Origin: an uncultured Gemmatimonadota bacterium
GTDB taxonomy: Bacteria; JAAXHH01
Assembly (NCBI GenBank): GCA_951812955.1
Contig: OX638340.1
Location: 3,200,001 to 3,264,000, forward strand
Length of the DNA stretch: 64,000 nt
Direction of reading: 5' to 3'
The notes below the pieces were generated by a model. The model worked only from the letters and a program-made list of their open reading frames with translations, made no database searches and was not told the origin of the DNA. This document shows positions 19,880 to 30,223 of the stretch, in pieces. The translations under genes were made by a program, and so were the position numbers. The first letter of the stretch is position 1, and each line of letters begins with the position of its first letter.

Positions 19880-21163
19880 GTGAGCTCAATGGTCACCGCG
19901 CTCGAACTGCGTATCGTGGAAAAGGTAGACGCCCTCCGCGAAGACATGCTTGCGTTTTTGCGGGAACTGATACGTATACCCTCGGTGAATCCGCCGGGTG
20001 ACGAATACCTGCCCTGCGCCCGGCTGGTGGACGATGGGTTGACGGCGCTTGGTTTCGAAACCCGCTTCGTGACCGACGAGCAACATCCGGATCATTCACC
20101 GGAACGGCCCAGGGTAAATGTGGTGGGCAGGCTTCCCGGCCGGTCGGCGATGCCCACGCTGCATTTCAACGGGCATACCGACGTGGTGCCTCCCGGTGAG
20201 CACTGGACGGTCGATCCCTTTGAAGGCGTGGTGAAGAACGGCAGGATCTACGGCCGTGGCGCTTGTGATATGAAGGGCGGTATCGCCGCTGCGCTTTTCG
20301 CGGCGGCGGCGGTGCGTGAAGCCGGCGTAAACCTGCACGGAAGCCTCGAATTCAGCGCCACGGTGGACGAGGAGACCGGCGGGTACGCGGGTATGGACGT
20401 TCTCGCCCGCAAAGGCCTGATTGCACCGGAACGGACTTCGTACGTCATCATTCCCGAGCCCTTCGGACCGGGCCGGATCTGCCTGGGGCACCGGGGCGTC
20501 TACTGGTTCCGTATCGATACGACGGGCCGGACCGCCCATGGCAGCATGCCCTTCCTGGGCGTCAGCGCCATCAGCCAGATGGAGCGAGTTTTGGGACGGG
20601 TGGAATCCGGGCTGATACCGGACCTTCAGACGCGTGTCACGGATATGCCCGTCGATCCTCCCGAGGCTCGCCGCGCCACGATCAACGTAAACGGGATTAC
20701 CGGCGGTCAGCCGGTCGAGGGGGTTGGTTCGCCGTGCGTCGCCGACCGGTGCTCCGCCGTGTTCGATCGCAGGTTTTTGAAAGAGGAATCCTTTGACGAC
20801 GTTAAAGGGGAGATTCAAGTCCTGATCGGCGAACTGACCGAGGCGGACCGGGATTTCTACGCGGAGCTGACCGACCTGATGATCGTTCACCCGGTTGAGA
20901 CCGACCGGAACGCCGAACTGGTGCGGACGGCCGCTCAAACGATCGAGGACCTCCTGGGCACGCCCGCGGATCTCGTGGCCAGTCCAGGCACCTATGACCA
21001 CAAACACGTGCGCAATACGGGAGGTGTAAAGCAGTGTATAGCCTATGGCCCCGGACTGCTGCATCTCGCCCACCAGCCCGACGAATACTGCGAGATCGAT
21101 CATCTTTTGAAGAGTTGCAAGGTCATGGCGCTCACCGCGGTCCGTTTGCTTGGCGCAGACTGA
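19880..21163 (+). CDS. M20-family metallopeptidase/deacylase (ArgE/DapE-like)
   Basis: 427 aa. Metal-binding context FNGHTDVVP, GRGACDMKGG, SATVDEETGG. Confidence 0.8.
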   Translation: MSSMVTALELRIVEKVDALREDMLAFLRELIRIPSVNPPGDEYLPCARLVDDGLTALGFETRFVTDEQHPDHSPERPRVNVVGRLPGRSAMPTLHFNGHTDVVPPGEHWTVDPFEGVVKNGRIYGRGACDMKGGIAAALFAAAAVREAGVNLHGSLEFSATVDEETGGYAGMDVLARKGLIAPERTSYVIIPEPFGPGRICLGHRGVYWFRIDTTGRTAHGSMPFLGVSAISQMERVLGRVESGLIPDLQTRVTDMPVDPPEARRATINVNGITGGQPVEGVGSPCVADRCSAVFDRRFLKEESFDDVKGEIQVLIGELTEADRDFYAELTDLMIVHPVETDRNAELVRTAAQTIEDLLGTPADLVASPGTYDHKHVRNTGGVKQCIAYGPGLLHLAHQPDEYCEIDHLLKSCKVMALTAVRLLGAD

Positions 21164-21176
21164 AAAGGAAGAAACG

Positions 21177-22334
21177 ATGGAATTCGAACTGAGCGGCGAC
21201 CAGGTCATGATGCGGGACACCGCCCGCCGGATCGCCGAGGAGAAATTGAAGCCCCACGCGCGAGACATCGACGAGCGCGAGGCGGTGCACCTGGAAACGA
21301 TCCGCGAACTCGGCGAGATGGGCTTCATGGCCATGATGGTTCCCGAGGAATACGGCGGCGCGGGCCTGGATACGGTCAGCTACGCACTGGCCGTTGAGGA
21401 GTTTTCCCGGGTCTGCGCGTCGACCGGCGTTTGCGTCTCGGTCAACAACTCCCTTTTCGCCGACGGCGTCTTTGCCTTCGGGTCCGAAGCACAGCGGAAG
21501 GCCTACCTGCCGCCGCTGGGTTGCGGCCACGCGCAGGCCTGTCTCGCGCTGACCGAGCCCGGCGCCGGGACCGATGTCGGCTCGACCGCCACGTCGGCCT
21601 TGAAGGACGGCGCGGATTATGTCATCAACGGCAAGAAGCATTTCGTGACCAACGGCGGTTTCGCGGACTACCTGCTCGTCCTGGTGACCACCGACCCGGG
21701 AACGGGCCACCGCGGCCTGAGTATGCTCCTCGTTGAAAAGGGCACGCCGGGGTTCGCCGTCGGTCGCCAGGAACAGAAGCTCGGGATCCGGGGATCGGAT
21801 ACCAGCGAACTGTTATTCGAGGATTGCCGCGTGCCGCAGACTAATCTACTGGGAGAGGAAGGCCGGGGCCTCAACCTCGCGCTCTCGATCCTGAACGGCG
21901 GCCGTATCGGTATCGCGGCGCAGGCCCTGGGCATAGCGCAGGGGGCCTACGACGCCTCCGTGCGGTACGCGAAGGAAAGGACCCAGTTCGGCAAGCCCAT
22001 CGCCGGGTTTCAGGCGATCGCCTTCAAACTGGCCGAGATGGCCACCGAACTCGAAGCGGCCCGTCTCATGACCTACAAGGCCGCGTGGCTGAAAGATGCC
22101 GGAAGGGACTACATCACGGCATCGTCCATGGCCAAGCTCTACGCGTCGGAGGCCTCTATTCGAATCACGAACGAAGCCATCCAGATCCACGGTGGTTACG
22201 GCTATATTCGTGACTTCGACGTGGAGCGATTCTACCGGGACGCGCGGATCACCACCCTTTACGAAGGTACCTCGGAAGCCCAGAAAATCGTCATCTCCCG
22301 CAATATCCTGAAGGCGGACGGCGCCGGTTCCTAG
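21177..22334 (+). CDS. Acyl-CoA dehydrogenase (short/medium-chain type)
   Basis: MEFELSGDQVMMRDTARRIAEEKL...; C-terminal YEGTSEAQKIVISRNIL with the catalytic Glu context; RBS AAGGAAG upstream. The start was chosen at the internal Met of the track ORF (21150). Confidence 0.9.
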   Translation: MEFELSGDQVMMRDTARRIAEEKLKPHARDIDEREAVHLETIRELGEMGFMAMMVPEEYGGAGLDTVSYALAVEEFSRVCASTGVCVSVNNSLFADGVFAFGSEAQRKAYLPPLGCGHAQACLALTEPGAGTDVGSTATSALKDGADYVINGKKHFVTNGGFADYLLVLVTTDPGTGHRGLSMLLVEKGTPGFAVGRQEQKLGIRGSDTSELLFEDCRVPQTNLLGEEGRGLNLALSILNGGRIGIAAQALGIAQGAYDASVRYAKERTQFGKPIAGFQAIAFKLAEMATELEAARLMTYKAAWLKDAGRDYITASSMAKLYASEASIRITNEAIQIHGGYGYIRDFDVERFYRDARITTLYEGTSEAQKIVISRNILKADGAGS

Positions 22335-22435
22335 ACCGGGCGGTCCGTCCTTCGTTAGTAACGTGGGGATCCGTCCTGGCCCCATTGTGACCCATTGTTT
22401 TGCCTTGACAACCTACCAAACAAGTGTATGGTATA

Positions 22436-22464
22436 TTGACACTTACGTTTGCTGGCCATATATT
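22436..22464 (+). promoter_or_regulatory. Near-consensus sigma70-type promoter (TTGACA-17 nt-TATATT) about 95 nt upstream of the parE-like gene; a second TTGACA-16 nt-TATGGT lies 30 nt further upstream
   Basis: ttgacacttacgtttgctggccatatatt; preceded by ttgacaacctaccaaacaagtgtatggt. The intergenic GC is well below the window average. Confidence 0.4.
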
Positions 22465-22558
22465 GTGTCAATTAGATGGTTCAACACGACATGTTCTAAT
22501 ACCGGCGTGGTGTTGGATGTGTCTTGCGTCCTGATCTATTGCTACGGAGAAAGAAACC

Positions 22559-24553
22559 ATGGCGACCCGGAACGGTTCCGGCAACGGGAAGGATCTCCAT
22601 ACACAACTCGACTTGCTGACGCAATCTGACGACGCGGCGGGCGCCGGGTCCAGGAACGGAAACGGACCGCGCGACGGAGGTGCGCCTGAGAACGGAAACG
22701 TTGTCGAGGCAGACAGCGGTGCGCGGTCTGCCGGGGACGGTGGAACACCAGCCGCTGCAGACGCCGCCGTCTACGACGAAAGCAAGGTCAAGACCCTTTC
22801 GTCGCTGGAACACATCAGGCTGCGGACCGGCATGTACATCGGCCGGCTCGGCAGCGGCAGCGACCAGGAGGACGGCATCTACGTGCTCCTGAAGGAAGTG
22901 ATCGACAACGCCGTAGACGAGTTCATCATGGGGCACGGCCGGAAGATCGACGTGAACATCGAAGACAACCGCGTCCGCGTCCGCGACTTCGGCCGCGGGA
23001 TCCCCCTGGGCAAGGTCGTGGAATGCACCTCGATCATCAACACGGGGGCCAAGTACAACGACGAGGTATTCCAATTCAGCGTGGGGCTGAACGGCGTGGG
23101 CGCCAAGGCGGTCAACGCCCTTTCCGTCAATTTCAGGGTCGTGGCCTATCGTGACGGCCGCTTCGCGGAGGCGGTCTACGAGCGGGGGCGGCTGCTCGGC
23201 CAGAACGAGGGCGGTGCGGACGAACCGGACGGTACCTACGTGGAATTCCTGCCCGACGAGGAGATCTTCGGGGAATACGCTTACCAGACGGACTATGTCG
23301 AACGACGCATGTGGAACTACGCCTGCCTGAACAGCGGCCTCCGCATGATCTTCAACAAGAAGCGTTTCGTATCCCGGTACGGGCTGCTGGATTTCCTGAA
23401 GGCCGAGGTAGGGGACAACATCCTTTATGAACCCTCCTACCACAAGAGCCAGTACATCGAGTTCTCCTTCACCCACACCACCAACTACGGCGAGACGCTC
23501 TTCTCCTTCGTGAACGGCCAGTACACCGCGGACGGAGGGTCCCATCAGAGCGCATTCCGAGAAGGCATACTCAAGGGCGTCAACGAGTATTTCAAGAAGA
23601 GCTACGGCGGAGTGGATGTGCGGGAGTCCATCGCGGGGGCCATCGCCATCAAGCTCAAGGATCCGATTTTCGAGTCCCAGACCAAGAACAAGCTGGGCAA
23701 TACAGAGATCAGGGGCTGGCTGGTTTCGGAAATCCGCAGCGCCGTGGTGGACTTCCTCCATAAAAACCAGGAGCCCGCCCAGAAGATCCAGGACAAGATC
23801 ACCCAGAACGAGCGCCTCCGGAAAGAACTGAACGCGGTCAAGAAGGAAGCCCGGGAGGCGGCACGGCGCATCGCCATCAAGATCCCCAACTTCAAGGACT
23901 GCAAGTACCACTTCGGCCACGCCAAATACGGCGAGGATTCCTCCATCTTCATCACCGAGGGGCCGTCGGCCGCCGGTTCGATGGTTTCGGCGCGGGACCC
24001 GCTGACCCAGGCGATATTCGGGTTGAAGGGCGTGCCGCTGAACGTTTTCTCCCGCACCCGGGCGGCCATTTACAAGAATGAAGAGCTGTACAACCTCATG
24101 ATGGCCCTCGGCATCGAGGACGGGATGTCCAACCTGCGTTTCAACAAGGTAATCATCGCGACGGACGCCGACTACGACGGCTACCACATACGAAACCTCC
24201 TGATGACCTTCTTCCTGAGCTACTTCGAGGATCTGGTGCTCGCCGGCCACGTCCACATCCTGGAAACGCCGCTCTTCCGGGTCCGCAACACGAAGGAAAC
24301 CGTTTACTGCTACAGCGAGAAGGAACGCAACGCCGCCCTCGATCGTATCCGGAGCGCCGAGGTGACCCGGTTCAAGGGCCTGGGCGAGATCTCGCCGGGA
24401 GAGTTCGGCCAGTTCATCGGTTCCGACATGCGGCTCGTGAAGGTCAACGTCCGTTCCATCCACAGCATACCGGACACCCTCACCTTCTACATGGGCAAGA
24501 ACACGCCCGAGCGCAGGGATTACATCGTGGAAAACCTGCTGGACGAAGTATAG
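22559..24553 (+). CDS. Type IIA topoisomerase ATPase subunit (divergent ParE/GyrB-like; FCB-type topoisomerase IV B subunit) with about 85-aa low-complexity N-terminal extension
   Basis: LEHIRLRTGMYIGRLGSG...GIYVLLKEVIDNAVDEF (GHKL ATPase N-box), GRGIPLGKV, and a TOPRIM region (EGPSAAGS, DADYDGYHI). The minus-strand 1326-aa track ORF 22496..26476 is an antisense shadow of this gene and the next. Confidence 0.8.
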   Translation: MATRNGSGNGKDLHTQLDLLTQSDDAAGAGSRNGNGPRDGGAPENGNVVEADSGARSAGDGGTPAAADAAVYDESKVKTLSSLEHIRLRTGMYIGRLGSGSDQEDGIYVLLKEVIDNAVDEFIMGHGRKIDVNIEDNRVRVRDFGRGIPLGKVVECTSIINTGAKYNDEVFQFSVGLNGVGAKAVNALSVNFRVVAYRDGRFAEAVYERGRLLGQNEGGADEPDGTYVEFLPDEEIFGEYAYQTDYVERRMWNYACLNSGLRMIFNKKRFVSRYGLLDFLKAEVGDNILYEPSYHKSQYIEFSFTHTTNYGETLFSFVNGQYTADGGSHQSAFREGILKGVNEYFKKSYGGVDVRESIAGAIAIKLKDPIFESQTKNKLGNTEIRGWLVSEIRSAVVDFLHKNQEPAQKIQDKITQNERLRKELNAVKKEAREAARRIAIKIPNFKDCKYHFGHAKYGEDSSIFITEGPSAAGSMVSARDPLTQAIFGLKGVPLNVFSRTRAAIYKNEELYNLMMALGIEDGMSNLRFNKVIIATDADYDGYHIRNLLMTFFLSYFEDLVLAGHVHILETPLFRVRNTKETVYCYSEKERNAALDRIRSAEVTRFKGLGEISPGEFGQFIGSDMRLVKVNVRSIHSIPDTLTFYMGKNTPERRDYIVENLLDEV

Positions 24554-24559
24554 GACCCC

Positions 24560-26551
24560 ATGGCCTACGCCGATACCCTCTTCGACGACTACTATCTGAA
24601 GTACGCCTCCTATTTCATCAAGGACCGCGCAATACCGGAGATCGACGACGGCCTTAAGCCGGTACAGCGCCGCATACTCCATACCCTCTTCGAGATGGAC
24701 GACGGGAAGTACCACAAGGTCGCCAACGTGGTGGGCCAGACCATGCGGTACCATCCCCACGGGGACCAGTCGATCTTCGGGTCGCTGGTCAACCTGTCCA
24801 ACAAGGACATGTTCATCGATAAGCAGGGCAACTTCGGGTCGATCCTGACCGGCGACCCCGCCTCTGCCGCCCGGTACATCGAATGCCGCCTGACGCCGCT
24901 GGCCAAGGAGGTGCTGTACGACCCGGAAATCACCGAATTCGTGGATTCCTATGACGGGCGCAACCGGGAGCCGGTGGCTTTTCCGGCGAAGATTCCCGTG
25001 CTCCTCGCCCTGGGCGCCGAAGGCATCGCCTCGAGCATGGCGACCCGGATCCTGCCCCACAACCTCATCGAGCTCATGGAGGCCCAGATCGCCTGTCTCG
25101 GGGACGAACCTTTCGAGATCCTGCCCGATTTTCCCACGGGGGGCCTGGTAGACGCCTCGGAATACAACGACGGCAACGGGAAGGTGATGGTCCGTGCCAG
25201 CCTGGACGTGCGGGATCCCAAGCGTATCGTCATCCGCCAGTTGCCCTTCGGTTCGACCACCGAAAGTCTGATCGCTTCCATCGAGGCGGCCGCGAAGAAG
25301 AACAAGCTCAAGATCGCCGGCATCTCCGACTTCACGGCGGACGAGGTTGAAATCGAAATCCGGCTGGCGCGGGGCGTGCACTCCGAGGAAACGGTGGATG
25401 CCCTCTACGCCTTCACCGACTGCGAGTCGTCCATATCCACCAACGTGCTTCTCATCCGGGATGGCCACCCCTGCATACTGCCCGTTACCGACGTCCTGAA
25501 GCACAATACCCGCAGGCTCCTGGAGATCCTCGAGGCTGAGCTTAAAATCGAGCGCAAGCAGTTGCACGCGAAACTCCGCGCGAAGACGCTTGAGCAGCTT
25601 TTTATCAAGGAGCGGATCTACAAACGCATCGAGGAGGTACGGGAACAGGACAAGATCCATGATGCGATCCGGGAGGGATTCGAGCCCTTCGAGTCCAAGG
25701 TGAAGGACCTGACTCCCGAAGATATCGATACGTTGCTCAAGGTACCGATCCGCCGGATCTCCCTGTACGACATAAACCGCGCCAATGAGGAGATGAAGGG
25801 CATAAGGAACCGCCTGCGCGAGATCCGGGATCACCTGGGTCATCTCTCGGCCTATGCGGTCACGCTGCTCGAAGGGCTCATCGAGCGGTACAGGGAGGCC
25901 TTTCCGCGCCGAACGACCCTCGCTTCCTTCAAGCGGGTAGACGCGCGGGAAGCGGCGCAGCGGAACCTCGCACTGAAGTATGACCGGACGACCGGGTATC
26001 TCGGTTACGGTCTGAACACCGGCGACACCCTCTTCGACGTATCGCCGTACGACCGCGTGCTCGTGATCCGCAAGACAGGCGCCTACGCGCTCCACGACGA
26101 GATCGAACGGCTCTTCGTGGACAAGGGCATGCTGTACTGCGGGTTCGTCGATCCCGAGCGCGTGTTCACGATGATCTACCGGGACAGGAAAGGCCATCCC
26201 TATGTCAAACGGTGCAAGCTGGAAAAGTTCATTCTGAACCGGGGATACGAACTGGTTCCCGATGGCTGCCGGATCCTGCACCTGACCACCGACGAGGACG
26301 TCACGGCGACGGTTACCTTCAAGCCCACGCCCCGCATGCGGGTTTTCGAGGAGGTCTTCGACCTGGCCATCTTTCCGGTCAGGGGGAACCGGGCCAAGGG
26401 CATCCGCCTGGCCCCCAAGGCACTCAAGGGCGTGAAACTGTCCCGGAGACCGGAACGGGGAGATACTCCGGATCAATCGGAAGCTGCTTCAAACCCGGAG
26501 GATCCCGGCCGGTCCGCGCACCGGGCCGATCCCAAGGAAGGAAAGGACTGA
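24560..26551 (+). CDS. Type IIA topoisomerase A subunit (short ParC/GyrA-like, 663 aa)
   Basis: DGLKPVQRRILHTL, YHPHGD and AAARYIECRLT (catalytic Tyr in the AAxRYTE context). It is shorter than canonical GyrA and lacks most of the C-terminal beta-pinwheel. Confidence 0.8.
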   Translation: MAYADTLFDDYYLKYASYFIKDRAIPEIDDGLKPVQRRILHTLFEMDDGKYHKVANVVGQTMRYHPHGDQSIFGSLVNLSNKDMFIDKQGNFGSILTGDPASAARYIECRLTPLAKEVLYDPEITEFVDSYDGRNREPVAFPAKIPVLLALGAEGIASSMATRILPHNLIELMEAQIACLGDEPFEILPDFPTGGLVDASEYNDGNGKVMVRASLDVRDPKRIVIRQLPFGSTTESLIASIEAAAKKNKLKIAGISDFTADEVEIEIRLARGVHSEETVDALYAFTDCESSISTNVLLIRDGHPCILPVTDVLKHNTRRLLEILEAELKIERKQLHAKLRAKTLEQLFIKERIYKRIEEVREQDKIHDAIREGFEPFESKVKDLTPEDIDTLLKVPIRRISLYDINRANEEMKGIRNRLREIRDHLGHLSAYAVTLLEGLIERYREAFPRRTTLASFKRVDAREAAQRNLALKYDRTTGYLGYGLNTGDTLFDVSPYDRVLVIRKTGAYALHDEIERLFVDKGMLYCGFVDPERVFTMIYRDRKGHPYVKRCKLEKFILNRGYELVPDGCRILHLTTDEDVTATVTFKPTPRMRVFEEVFDLAIFPVRGNRAKGIRLAPKALKGVKLSRRPERGDTPDQSEAASNPEDPGRSAHRADPKEGKD

Positions 26552-26552
26552 C

Positions 26553-27533
26553 ATGACCCTGGAGATGCGCATCGGCCTCGGGCAGTTCAACGTGCTCACC
26601 GACGAGAAACTGGCCTACATCAAGCAACTGGGCGCCGACGATTTCCTCATGAATACGCCGAAGCTGCCCGGCGATGAGCGCTGGGAACTGACGGACCTGG
26701 TCGACCTGAAACGGCGGGCGGATGACGCCGAGTTGCGGCTCATGGCGCTGGAAAACGTGCCGGTTACATTCTACGACAGGGCCATGCTGGGCTTGCCGGG
26801 CCGCGACAGCCAGATCGAGAACATGAAGTACACCATCCGGAACATGGGCCGGGCGGGCATTCCCATCCTGGGGTATCACTGGATGCCCAGCGCCGTGTGG
26901 CGCACCCCGGATCCCGCCGTACTCCGCGGCGGGGCAACGGCCACACGCTTCGATTTCGAGGCGCATAGGGACGCGGAACTCACCCATGGCCGCGTTTTCA
27001 CGGCCGACGAGATGTGGGAGAACTACGTATACTACATGTCGAGGATCCTGCCGGTTGCCGAGGAAAGTAACGTCAAGCTCGCCGTGCATCCGGACGACCC
27101 GCCCGTACCCATGCTGGGCGGCGTGGCCCGGATCTTCAGCAGCTTCGAGGGGTTCAAGCGGGCCATGGACGCCTTTGACAGCCCGTACCATGGCCTCGAT
27201 TTCTGCATGGGCTGCTGGTCGGAGATGGGCGGCCATGACTACGTGTTAAAGGCCGTTCGGCACTTCGGCGGCCAGGGCAAAATCATCTACGTCCATTTCC
27301 GTGACGTGCAGGGAAACGTCCCCTGTTTCAACGAGTGCTTCATCAACGAGGGCAACGTCGACCCCTACGAGGTCATGAAAACCCTGAAAGACGTCGGTTT
27401 CACTGGGTTTATGATCACCGACCACGTCCCGGACTTCGTGGATGATACCGACTGGAATCACCGGGGGCGCGCCTACGCCATCGGGTACATGACGGCCATG
27501 TTGGAAATGGTCAACAAGTTGCGGCCGGCCTAG
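26553..27533 (+). CDS. uxuA: D-mannonate dehydratase (UxuA-like, xylose-isomerase-like TIM barrel)
   Basis: 326 aa, about 2 nt after the parC-like stop. MRIGLGQFNVLTDEKLAYIKQLGADDF... resembles the UxuA N-terminus in my reading; length and composition fit. Family assignment is from memory, not a search. Confidence 0.65.
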   Translation: MTLEMRIGLGQFNVLTDEKLAYIKQLGADDFLMNTPKLPGDERWELTDLVDLKRRADDAELRLMALENVPVTFYDRAMLGLPGRDSQIENMKYTIRNMGRAGIPILGYHWMPSAVWRTPDPAVLRGGATATRFDFEAHRDAELTHGRVFTADEMWENYVYYMSRILPVAEESNVKLAVHPDDPPVPMLGGVARIFSSFEGFKRAMDAFDSPYHGLDFCMGCWSEMGGHDYVLKAVRHFGGQGKIIYVHFRDVQGNVPCFNECFINEGNVDPYEVMKTLKDVGFTGFMITDHVPDFVDDTDWNHRGRAYAIGYMTAMLEMVNKLRPA

Positions 27534-30223
27534 AGTGAAAACCAGTAGTTGAATTTCAGCAGGAAGATGTTCGACGGATAGGTGTCGAACAGGTCGTTCA
27601 GATCCTGCCCGGCCGAAAACCCGCCTGTGCCGCCCGAGCGGCTGCGCTGCTGCTGCCACACGAGAAACAGGGTCGAGCCCGGCGTATATTCCCAACGCAA
27701 GACCAGGTTGGAACGGAACTGGCGGAAATTGAAGTCGGGATCGTCGAAGGAGTAGTCCGTCTGCCCGTCCTGGTTTTCGTCCACGCGATAAACCTCGTCC
27801 GAATCGTCGTATGCCAGCTGGTCGTTCGAAAACACGTCGAACCGGTCGCTGAATCGGGAGGACCGCGTGTCCGTGATACGCTTGAACCGGGTGTAGCGGC
27901 CGGCCGATACGAAAGGCTGGCCGTAGTACTGGATGGACATGTTGTTGGTGATGCTGTAGTTGAGCCGGATCCCGATCCCCAGCGTCTTCTGGTCGACGCG
28001 ACCCAGCAGGTAGCGACTGTCATCCCGGAACGATTCGTTGGACACGTACTGCAACTCGTTCCAGTTGGTATTGAAAAACGGATTGATGCGGATGTTCATG
28101 GCGTTGCTCGGCCGGTACCGCATGGATAGATACGTCCAACTCGAGCGTCCCGCGTCATCGCGGCGCCGGTTGTAGCCGCCGCCAATGCCGAAACTGACGG
28201 GCTTGCGTCCATCGGTGTCGACATCGAGGTTGAACTCCACGTATCCCGGTGTCTTCACCGACGGGCCGCCGCGCAGGGCGGTGGTGGACAAACCCTCGAA
28301 TTCCGAGTTCATGTTCATCCACACCCACCAGTAATTGCTGAACTGGCCGCCCCCGTTGATGTTGCCGCCCAGGAATTTACGTTCCCTGCCGAAGTTGAAC
28401 CCCTGCCACTGGTTCATGAATACGTTGAACTGGCGGAAGATCCGATTCGGTTTTTCCGACCGGTAACCAAACCAACTGGTCTGCATGAAGACGTCGGCCT
28501 GGCGCAGGAAGCCCACGTCGTTAAGCTCGAGACCTGGCGAGCGCCAGGTTCCGGAGATCCCCATGTTCCACGGGCTGTTTCCCGATCGGCCTATGCCGAA
28601 GCTCCCGCCATGGCCGCTCATGGCGGTCAGCGTGGAATCCAGCGCCACGTAGGAAGCGTCGGGACGCTGGTAGTACCGCGCCGAATTGCGCTGCACGCGG
28701 ATAAGCGCTTCCGGTTCGCCCCGGATGTGGCTGAACGACATGCTCGCGTTGAGCCAGTAGGTCCGGTCGCTCCACTGGTGGCGGAAATCGATCCCGCCCG
28801 TGTAGGCCGCCCGGTTGAGGAAATCGAAGTGGGCCTTGTTGTTGTTCCGGTTGGTCGCCGTGAGCATTGTGCCCAGCGCCGTCTCCCCGTCGTTGAAGTC
28901 CTGCTGAATGCGCGCGACCAGGTAGTTGGTCAGCGGTTCCACGGATTCCTCGCTCCGCGCGCCATCCGTGTCTATTCTGGCGGTGGCTTCCCCGGTAACC
29001 GCTTCCACGATGCCGAGGGACAGGCCGCCCGGTGTCTTCCCGGTGATCTTCGCGGCGGCGAGTATGGGCGTATTCCGGGGCATGTCCATGGACTGGCCGT
29101 CCGAGAGGTCCGGATTCCGCTGGGGGGACCGGCCGATTCGCCGTGAGTAGAACAACTGGTCGTTCCGGAAAGGGCCGCCGCCGCCAACGCCGAACTCGGT
29201 GATGTTCTTTCCTTCGACGAACAGGGGCCGGCGTTCTTCGAAAAACAACTCGAAGGCCGACAGGTTGACCCTCGAAGGGTCCGCCTCGACCTGGCCGAAG
29301 TCAGGGTTCACGGCCAGATCCATGGTCAGGTTGCCGGCCAGCCCGATCTTGCCGTCCAGTCCGATGCGCCCGTCGGCGCTCTGGCCGTCGCGGAAGGGAT
29401 TTCGCGCCTCGGCCTGGAACCGGTTGAGGTCACCCACCACATAGGGCAGGATCTCAATCCGGTGGGAAGACTCGATGCCTTCCAGTCCGCGCAGTTCACC
29501 GAAAAGGCTGACCCAGCCCGGCGAATTGCGGTGGATGTGCTGCCAGCCCGAACGCTCCTCGCGGCGGTAGAGCCTTCTCTGGACCTGGAGGCCCCATACC
29601 TGTCCCTCCTCGCCGGAGAACCTCAACTGGCTCAGGGGTATGCGCATCTCGGCGAGCCATCCCTCTTCGTCGATGGTGGACGCGCCGTACCATACGGGAT
29701 CCCAGCTCGCGTCCCAGTCGTCTCCGTCGTTCGATATGGCTTCGTCGCCCCGGCCTCCGGAGGCGGTCAGCGTAAAGGAAAAGGCCGTGCGCTTGTCGTG
29801 ATAGCTGTCGAAATGAATCTCGACCCAGTCGTTGTCCCAGTCGTCCCGCCGAGTTACGCGGCTGGTGATCCGGTCCGGTTCGGTATCGAAGGCACGGATC
29901 AGCACGTAGAGGTTGTGATCGTCGAAGAGGATTTTGAAAGCCGTCTGCTGCGTGGGTTCCGCGCCGTCATCGGGATCAAGCTGGGTAAATTCGCCGGACC
30001 ATTTGACGTCGTCCCAGGCTTGATCATCTCCCCTACCATCGATATCGGGAGGCAGGGACGCGATATGCCGCGTGTTGTACACCCGTCTTTCCGGTGCCGG
30101 TTGATTTGCTTCGGATTCCACCGGCCCCACGATGGCCAGGGTGATCAGGATCGTCATCCACCGTTGCAGGTTGTTCAGAAACAATGTATTGCCTCCAGCC
30201 AGTTTCAAGTCATTGCCGACCAT
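27530..30223 (-). CDS. DUF5916/CBM9-like outer-membrane protein (carbohydrate-binding family 9-like N-domain plus large beta-barrel)
   Basis: Signal peptide (...MTILITLAIVGPVESEA). The acidic, Trp-rich N-domain DIDGRGDDQAWDDVKW resembles the CBM9/DOMON-like start of DUF5916 proteins. C-terminus ...NIFLLKFNYWFSL has an aromatic terminal pattern typical of OM beta-barrels. Alternative start at 30157. Confidence 0.55.
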   Translation of the reverse strand: MVGNDLKLAGGNTLFLNNLQRWMTILITLAIVGPVESEANQPAPERRVYNTRHIASLPPDIDGRGDDQAWDDVKWSGEFTQLDPDDGAEPTQQTAFKILFDDHNLYVLIRAFDTEPDRITSRVTRRDDWDNDWVEIHFDSYHDKRTAFSFTLTASGGRGDEAISNDGDDWDASWDPVWYGASTIDEEGWLAEMRIPLSQLRFSGEEGQVWGLQVQRRLYRREERSGWQHIHRNSPGWVSLFGELRGLEGIESSHRIEILPYVVGDLNRFQAEARNPFRDGQSADGRIGLDGKIGLAGNLTMDLAVNPDFGQVEADPSRVNLSAFELFFEERRPLFVEGKNITEFGVGGGGPFRNDQLFYSRRIGRSPQRNPDLSDGQSMDMPRNTPILAAAKITGKTPGGLSLGIVEAVTGEATARIDTDGARSEESVEPLTNYLVARIQQDFNDGETALGTMLTATNRNNNKAHFDFLNRAAYTGGIDFRHQWSDRTYWLNASMSFSHIRGEPEALIRVQRNSARYYQRPDASYVALDSTLTAMSGHGGSFGIGRSGNSPWNMGISGTWRSPGLELNDVGFLRQADVFMQTSWFGYRSEKPNRIFRQFNVFMNQWQGFNFGRERKFLGGNINGGGQFSNYWWVWMNMNSEFEGLSTTALRGGPSVKTPGYVEFNLDVDTDGRKPVSFGIGGGYNRRRDDAGRSSWTYLSMRYRPSNAMNIRINPFFNTNWNELQYVSNESFRDDSRYLLGRVDQKTLGIGIRLNYSITNNMSIQYYGQPFVSAGRYTRFKRITDTRSSRFSDRFDVFSNDQLAYDDSDEVYRVDENQDGQTDYSFDDPDFNFRQFRSNLVLRWEYTPGSTLFLVWQQQRSRSGGTGGFSAGQDLNDLFDTYPSNIFLLKFNYWFSL

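Noticed and set aside
21150-21176. Acyl-CoA dehydrogenase start at 21150 (MAQTEKEET...)
   Set aside because: It would overlap the M20 peptidase by 14 nt. The ATG at 21177 has a proper RBS (AAGGAAG) and matches the usual ACAD N-terminus. The alternative remains possible.
22496-26476. 1326-aa ORF on the minus strand
   Set aside because: It is exactly antisense to the parE-like and parC-like genes, whose products carry unambiguous topoisomerase motifs. High-GC genomes commonly give long spurious antisense ORFs, and its translation is low-complexity R/G/A/P-rich.
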